A stretch of DNA of 29,494 bases from a virus (Duplodnaviria > Caudoviricetes). Below the pieces are notes generated by a model that was not told the DNA's origin, did not search any database, and saw only the letters and a program-made list of their open reading frames with translations. Positions 24,699 through 29,494 of this stretch are shown in pieces (positions within the stretch are counted from its first letter, which is position 1; each line of letters begins with the position of its first letter). A program made the translations under genes and the position numbers. The stretch spans positions 1-29,494 of the IMG/VR virus record IMGVR_UViG_3300006116_000048; one strand, given 5' to 3'.

Positions 24699-27161
24699 TT
24701 AAAATGGTATTTCTATGGAAAATATCCTCATTTTTACTGATAATCTATTAACAGTCTTAATAATATCGTGCTTATAATCAACCTTCTTTTTTTCAGCATA
24801 AGCCTTAATAGCGGCGTTAATCCGTTGAGTTGAAGGTTGATATTGCTTAGGTGTATTGTTTTCAGCATAATAGGCTTCTAAATAACTTTTAAAGGTATCG
24901 TTGCTTATTTCTACACGTTCACACCAATGGTCAAAGTTCTGATCAATGAAGTTAAATATTATTGAGCCGTATGTTTGTTCAAACTGTTTAAGCCATCCGC
25001 CTTCGGTTAATGTAGGCGCAGTTAGTTTCTTACCGCCTTTTAGCCATTGTTGTATTGATTGTGCAATAAAATTATCAAAACCCGCCCAATCTTCATTACT
25101 CCATCCTTTAGGAAAATGGCAATTATAATGTACATCTAAACCGCCGACATTAGTAAAGAAGTTGGTAAATTCAATAGGGATAATTCTACGCCTCAATCCC
25201 CCGTCTGTAACTTCATAACTGTAATTAGTTTGCACTATAAATTTAGGTGCTTCCTCGTTTGATACTTCCACTTCATCTTTAAAAAGTTTCTTCCAAATAA
25301 ATGAGCCTGTGGATGGTTCTTTCAAAAAAGAAAAGTCGAAATTTTTAGGAACATCGCTGATGCAAAATATACGCTGCCCGTTCCAAGATTGAAAAAACTT
25401 CTCATCAAATTTAGTCTGCGATCCTGGCTTTGAAGTGTAAGAAGTTGTATGTTTTAGCAAACTGCAAAATACATTTTTTCCACTACCACCACCATCTCTA
25501 GGGTCACGACATTGTTCTGTTAGCACAATAATATAGCCCGTTGTTTCGTCTTTGTATTCGTGACAAAGAAAACCAAGTATTCGTTGAGTGTGGGCTATAT
25601 GTTCTTCGCCTATTGCTAATTTCAAAAAGTCCACATATTTTCCTCCTTCGCCTTTATTGTAATTTCGCTGTTGTAACTTTTCAGCCCATATAAGCATTTC
25701 TAAGGCATCGTATTCAAGGAAGCTAATTGATGTAGAGTCTATTACTAAGTAACCGTTTAAGAAGAACTTAAAACAAGTTTTTTCGGTATCCTTCAATATT
25801 GTATCCTCTGCCAATATTGATAAACGTTTCATAGTGTACTTTCCGTGTGCTTCTAAAAAAGCCTCCAAAGCATTACAAATAGATATACATTCTTCATTGT
25901 TTGGTTCTTTTATGTATTCTTTTAATACATCTTGAAACTCCCTTTCTTCAATTTTATGTATCAAATAACTTATAATTCTTACTACATTTCCTTTGTAATA
26001 TCTAAAACCTAAATAAGTGGAAACTAATAAAAGTTTTTCACGGTTAATAGTCATTTTACCATCTTCGTCATAATCCCAAAAAGTGCCGTGCGGGTGTAGT
26101 TCTTGTAATTCACCTTGTATCGTTACTGCTAGTTTCCTAGTTTCTTCAGATACATTTTTTGGCAAGGTGTATCCTTTACGGGCTGCATTTTGTGCTAATA
26201 TCTTTTGCTTTTTTTCTTTTATGATACCATATCCGTTATCACATAGCCAAGCATAAGTTTTCTTTTTATCCCCCTTGTGTTCTAGTATAGATAATAGCGT
26301 TACAGGATTATAACCTTTTGATGGTTCTAGGTCTGTGGATGATGTGAATATGTAGTAACATCGTTTATGTCTGTTAAATGATGCAGAAATTCCCGTCGTT
26401 TTATTAGGACGGGTAAACCAAATAAAGTTATTACTACTGCCGCATAAACTCCACCCATTATTTGTAAGTACGCTTTCTGCTGCTGCACTACCGTTAAAGT
26501 GGTCGAATGGGTTTTGGTCGTAATAGTCATTCGATATAGTTGTAGGGGCTATTGCTGCTACTTTTTTCTTTTGGTTGTATCCTTCACAAATAGCAATTAT
26601 ACTGCACCTTTCAGCCCAAGTAATTGTAGGTATTGGGTTATCTTTAACTACCTTGTAATTCATTTGTGTTGCAGCAACTACATATCCACCTGTGCCTCTC
26701 GTCTCTATCGCTGCTTCTTTTGCATCTTCTTTCCAAGCTAACTTTAAATTTCCTGGTGGTTCGTGGTCGCTAATACGGTAAAATATATGGTAGCCTTTTG
26801 ATGGTGTTTGTGTTATTCGTAGTTGCTCGAATATGTGCGGAAACATTGCTTTTATATCCGCAAATAACATAGCATCAACCCCAACCCAATTTTTTACATC
26901 TACATCAATTATTTCTAAGTTTCCACTTACTGCGCCTGCTACAATACCATATCCAATAGTATCATATTTTTCAGTCATTAGATACAATAACTCTGCTTTA
27001 GATATTATTTCTGTTTGCCATTTTTTCCAAGGATATGCAGACTTAACAGGATACTCTCTGCCGTTAAATGTTTGTGGTTTATCTCTTACGGGAATAACTG
27101 AAATGCCGTTATCTAAATAGTATTCACATTCTTTTATTGATTGCTGAAAAGTAGTAGTCAT
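24699..27161 (-). CDS. Bifunctional primase-polymerase (Prim-Pol) fused to a P-loop (SF3-like) helicase
   Basis: IIDVDVK, TPSKGYHIFY and IETRGTGGYVVA Prim-Pol motifs; GGSGKN Walker A, QTNY and LRRRI; ends in IPF. Confidence 0.9.
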   Translation of the reverse strand: MTTTFQQSIKECEYYLDNGISVIPVRDKPQTFNGREYPVKSAYPWKKWQTEIISKAELLYLMTEKYDTIGYGIVAGAVSGNLEIIDVDVKNWVGVDAMLFADIKAMFPHIFEQLRITQTPSKGYHIFYRISDHEPPGNLKLAWKEDAKEAAIETRGTGGYVVAATQMNYKVVKDNPIPTITWAERCSIIAICEGYNQKKKVAAIAPTTISNDYYDQNPFDHFNGSAAAESVLTNNGWSLCGSSNNFIWFTRPNKTTGISASFNRHKRCYYIFTSSTDLEPSKGYNPVTLLSILEHKGDKKKTYAWLCDNGYGIIKEKKQKILAQNAARKGYTLPKNVSEETRKLAVTIQGELQELHPHGTFWDYDEDGKMTINREKLLLVSTYLGFRYYKGNVVRIISYLIHKIEEREFQDVLKEYIKEPNNEECISICNALEAFLEAHGKYTMKRLSILAEDTILKDTEKTCFKFFLNGYLVIDSTSISFLEYDALEMLIWAEKLQQRNYNKGEGGKYVDFLKLAIGEEHIAHTQRILGFLCHEYKDETTGYIIVLTEQCRDPRDGGGSGKNVFCSLLKHTTSYTSKPGSQTKFDEKFFQSWNGQRIFCISDVPKNFDFSFLKEPSTGSFIWKKLFKDEVEVSNEEAPKFIVQTNYSYEVTDGGLRRRIIPIEFTNFFTNVGGLDVHYNCHFPKGWSNEDWAGFDNFIAQSIQQWLKGGKKLTAPTLTEGGWLKQFEQTYGSIIFNFIDQNFDHWCERVEISNDTFKSYLEAYYAENNTPKQYQPSTQRINAAIKAYAEKKKVDYKHDIIKTVNRLSVKMRIFSIEIPF

Positions 27162-28613
27162 TTATTTAATTTTAATGTTGTAAAATTCTAGTGGTTCACT
27201 TATATCTTGATGTTTAACCCATCCGCTGTGGTAGCCCATTGCAGTCGCAAAAGACTGTAAAAATAGGGCATCTTGCTTTGCTTTCGCTACTCTTATTGCA
27301 AAAGGTTTCTTATTTGTTATCTTAGCATAGTCGGCTAATTCAATCGGTGTAAGGTCTGCAATATATTTTCCCCTAAGTTTATTATAGCTTTCTGTAACCT
27401 CTACTAACTTGCCTTCAACGTATTCTTTTTCTTTTGACTGAAATTCGTGTCCGCATTCTGGGCAAGTCATAACACGGGGTGCAAGTATTAAAAAACATTT
27501 AGGGCATTCTTTAATTGGTGCTACTCCGTCTTTCTTTTTCTTAGGTGGTTTATTCCACATTTTAGCCCAATCAAATTCAAAGTTCCATATCCCGTGACGG
27601 GATGCGTTACCGCCGTAATCAAGGACGGTAAAGCGTTCTTTCCCATCGTGAACTCTTGCGCCACGCCCAACCATTTGACAGTATAAAGCTAGTGAAGTTG
27701 TAGCCCGTCTAAGTATTACTAAGTCTATTGGTTTAAAATCCCATCCTTTTGTTAATACAGAAACAGAAACACAAATATCAACATCCCCATGAGTAAATTG
27801 GTTTAATTCAATTTCCGACTTTTCATTTTTACTATGTACTTCTGAAACGACAAAGCCAACGTTTCTAAGTTCTTGAGATAAAGCAGCACAATCTACTATT
27901 GAGGCACAATAAACTATTGTTTTTTTATTATGATATTTTTGCAAATCTTCGTGAAGCCCTGCAAATACTTTCGGTTTATTAAAAGCATCAAATTGAGATG
28001 CCTCTGAAAATTCCCCTTTGCTATCTTTTTTTAATCCGCTTAAATCTGCTGCCTGTCTTTCATAATGGTAATATGGTGACAAATAACCACCCTCTAAAAG
28101 TTCCTGCGGTTGCGCTCCAATTACAATATCATTGTATAAAAGTGGTAGATGTTTTGCTACTCTATAGTCGGGTGTAGCTGTAAAACCAATAAGATAGGCT
28201 TCTGTTAATTGTTGCAATAATTTTGTAGACGTGCCGACGTGGCACTCGTCATTTATAATTAAAAGTTTTGAACCAAAGTTTTGAAACTGTGATATTATAA
28301 ATTCCCTTCTTACTAATGTTTGAGCCATTGCCACATAGCATTTGCCTACTTCAATATCTACAAACTTTATCCCGTCTCCAATAGTTACGCAATCGCCTTG
28401 CTCTTCATGTATTTGTTTATAAATCTTTGATGTTTCGGAAATTATTAAAACGGTTGTTTTCTTTTCTAAAGCATCTTTCACCATTGAAAGAAATGTTTTA
28501 GTCTTGCCACTTCCTGTGGCAGCACAAGCAATTACCTTTTTACTTTTGGCAAGCGATGACCGTATATTTTCTTTAAACTTCTTTTGATAAGAGTAAAGTT
28601 CGTATGATGACAT
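27162..28613 (-). CDS. SF2 DExH helicase with C-terminal zinc finger (RadD/YejH-like)
   Basis: ATGSGKT, DECH, TATP, LTKGWD and QMVGRGAR motifs; CPKC..CPECGHEF zinc finger. Confidence 0.93.
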   Translation of the reverse strand: MSSYELYSYQKKFKENIRSSLAKSKKVIACAATGSGKTKTFLSMVKDALEKKTTVLIISETSKIYKQIHEEQGDCVTIGDGIKFVDIEVGKCYVAMAQTLVRREFIISQFQNFGSKLLIINDECHVGTSTKLLQQLTEAYLIGFTATPDYRVAKHLPLLYNDIVIGAQPQELLEGGYLSPYYHYERQAADLSGLKKDSKGEFSEASQFDAFNKPKVFAGLHEDLQKYHNKKTIVYCASIVDCAALSQELRNVGFVVSEVHSKNEKSEIELNQFTHGDVDICVSVSVLTKGWDFKPIDLVILRRATTSLALYCQMVGRGARVHDGKERFTVLDYGGNASRHGIWNFEFDWAKMWNKPPKKKKDGVAPIKECPKCFLILAPRVMTCPECGHEFQSKEKEYVEGKLVEVTESYNKLRGKYIADLTPIELADYAKITNKKPFAIRVAKAKQDALFLQSFATAMGYHSGWVKHQDISEPLEFYNIKIK

Positions 28614-28731
28614 AAAATAAAAAAGCCTTAAAGTGGATGATGTAATAGCACCCTGTAAAACAGGTACACCATCCCTTTTAAAGCCATTAATTAGTTCTTA
28701 ATCGTAGGTGCTACACTACGCTACAAATATA
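28614..28731 (-). promoter_or_regulatory. Promoter plus structured loop-pairing leader (copy B) upstream of the helicase/primase operon
   Basis: TATATTTG; hairpin CGUAG-UGUAGCAC-CUACG; long stem with an unpaired GUGCUAU segment, followed by a U-tract. Confidence 0.7.
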
Positions 28732-28783
28732 CTAAACTTTTAACAAAAAATTATACCTTTCTTTTGCTGTCATGTTAGAAAAA

Positions 28784-29494
28784 TTAAACTAAATCAAATA
28801 AAGTAGGTACTGAAAGTTTGTGCATCATAGCTTTAAGATAATAAATACCATCATTAAAGTACTCACTATTCAACTCTACCGATACTGACTTACGTTTCAT
28901 TTCAATAGCTTTGTAAGCCGTTGAAAACAACCCACCAAATGGGTCATCTACTATTTCACCTTCCATAGTATAACGATTAATTAACCGCTCAATAATATCA
29001 AACTGCAAAGGGCAAATGTGTTTTTCTTTTTTACTATTAGCTTGTTTTGTGTTTAATGTATTCATACGGTTTATATCCGTCCACACCATATCATTATTAC
29101 TATGCACGGGCAAAGTCATAAATATAGAAGATAGCTTTTCCATTTCGTCCAAATCTTCACAAATACGAAGGTGTTCTTTAAAGTCGTAAATAGCTGTTGT
29201 GTTTAATTTCTTCCAAGCAGATACTATCTTTTTAACTTCTACTTTTTCAAGTTCTTCTTTTGTCATAAATCTATCTCCAGAGCTGCGTTGATATGCGTGT
29301 GCATCTAACTGCCAAAGGCTTTTTTTGTAATCTGTTTTTTCTTTTGTCACGGGATAATCACCATAAGCGTTATTCATTTCGCTCGGTGATTTTCTAAATA
29401 ATAAAACATATTCGGGCAATCCTACGCCCATTTTACTTGCATCCTTACATTGTTCACTCCATCCTAATCTATACGTTTGATTGTTTTCTGCAAC
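28784..29494 (-). CDS. DNA amino-methyltransferase, C-terminal part (partial, runs off the right edge)
   Basis: Frame open to base 29494 (VAENNQTYRLGWSEQCKDASKMGVG...); KHICPLQFD and the SAM-binding motif DPFGGLFST. Confidence 0.85.
   Translation of the reverse strand, partial: VAENNQTYRLGWSEQCKDASKMGVGLPEYVLLFRKSPSEMNNAYGDYPVTKEKTDYKKSLWQLDAHAYQRSSGDRFMTKEELEKVEVKKIVSAWKKLNTTAIYDFKEHLRICEDLDEMEKLSSIFMTLPVHSNNDMVWTDINRMNTLNTKQANSKKEKHICPLQFDIIERLINRYTMEGEIVDDPFGGLFSTAYKAIEMKRKSVSVELNSEYFNDGIYYLKAMMHKLSVPTLFDLV

Larger units (their letters stand above)
1..29494 (-). mobile_element. Myovirus-type phage/prophage segment with Mu-like morphogenesis genes and a primase-helicase replication module; probable Bacteroidota host
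   Basis: Contiguous terminase, portal, MuF, protease/capsid, sheath, tube, tape measure and baseplate genes. No host housekeeping genes, integrase, transposase or att site are visible. Confidence 0.95.

Noticed and set aside
18939-27120. Nested or antisense ORFs within portal, terL and primase (18939, 19338, 20129, 20971, 21186, 24946, 26327, 26499, 26833)
   Set aside because: They lie within, or almost wholly within, conserved genes and have no independent support.
28732-28773. 13-codon ORF MTAKERYNFLLKV ending at the copy B promoter
   Set aside because: It lies upstream of the predicted transcription start, so it cannot be a leader peptide of that RNA, and it is too short to call a gene.
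1-29494. Stop-codon reassignment, diversity-generating retroelement, tRNA genes, lysis cassette
   Set aside because: Genes are intact in the standard code with TAG and TGA used as stops. No reverse transcriptase, TR/VR pair, cloverleaf, endolysin or holin was recognised in this window.

Overview
The window is a segment of a tailed dsDNA phage or prophage with a contractile tail, almost entirely on the minus strand. The host is inferred to be Bacteroidota, from TAnnTTTG promoters, A-rich start contexts without Shine-Dalgarno motifs, and signal peptides cleaved before Gln. In transcription order (right to left) it encodes: a partial DNA methyltransferase, an SF2 helicase, a Prim-Pol primase-helicase followed by an iteron-rich candidate origin, VRR-NUC, a mini XRE-HTH protein, a ParB-methyltransferase, TerS, an HNH endonuclease and TerL. 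Next come a Mu-like head/neck block (gp36-like, DUF935 portal, MuF with a C-terminal nuclease-like domain, ferritin-like protein, gpG-like, gp37-like), a small opposite-strand cassette, a fused protease-scaffold-capsid gene, sheath, tube, frameshifted tail chaperones, tape measure, baseplate and fibre genes. Five observations stand out. (1) Two promoter-linked 5' leaders share a two-hairpin loop-pairing architecture with matching spacings but different, self-matched loop sequences. (2) An A10 run at the portal stop would fuse portal to MuF-nuclease by a -1 shift. (3) Signal-peptide proteins sit inside the virion gene block. (4) The protease-capsid gene has candidate nested starts. (5) A 28-bp tandem repeat sets, by its copy number, the methyltransferase C-terminus or a fusion to TerS. 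All family calls come from motif recognition and gene order; no database searches were run.
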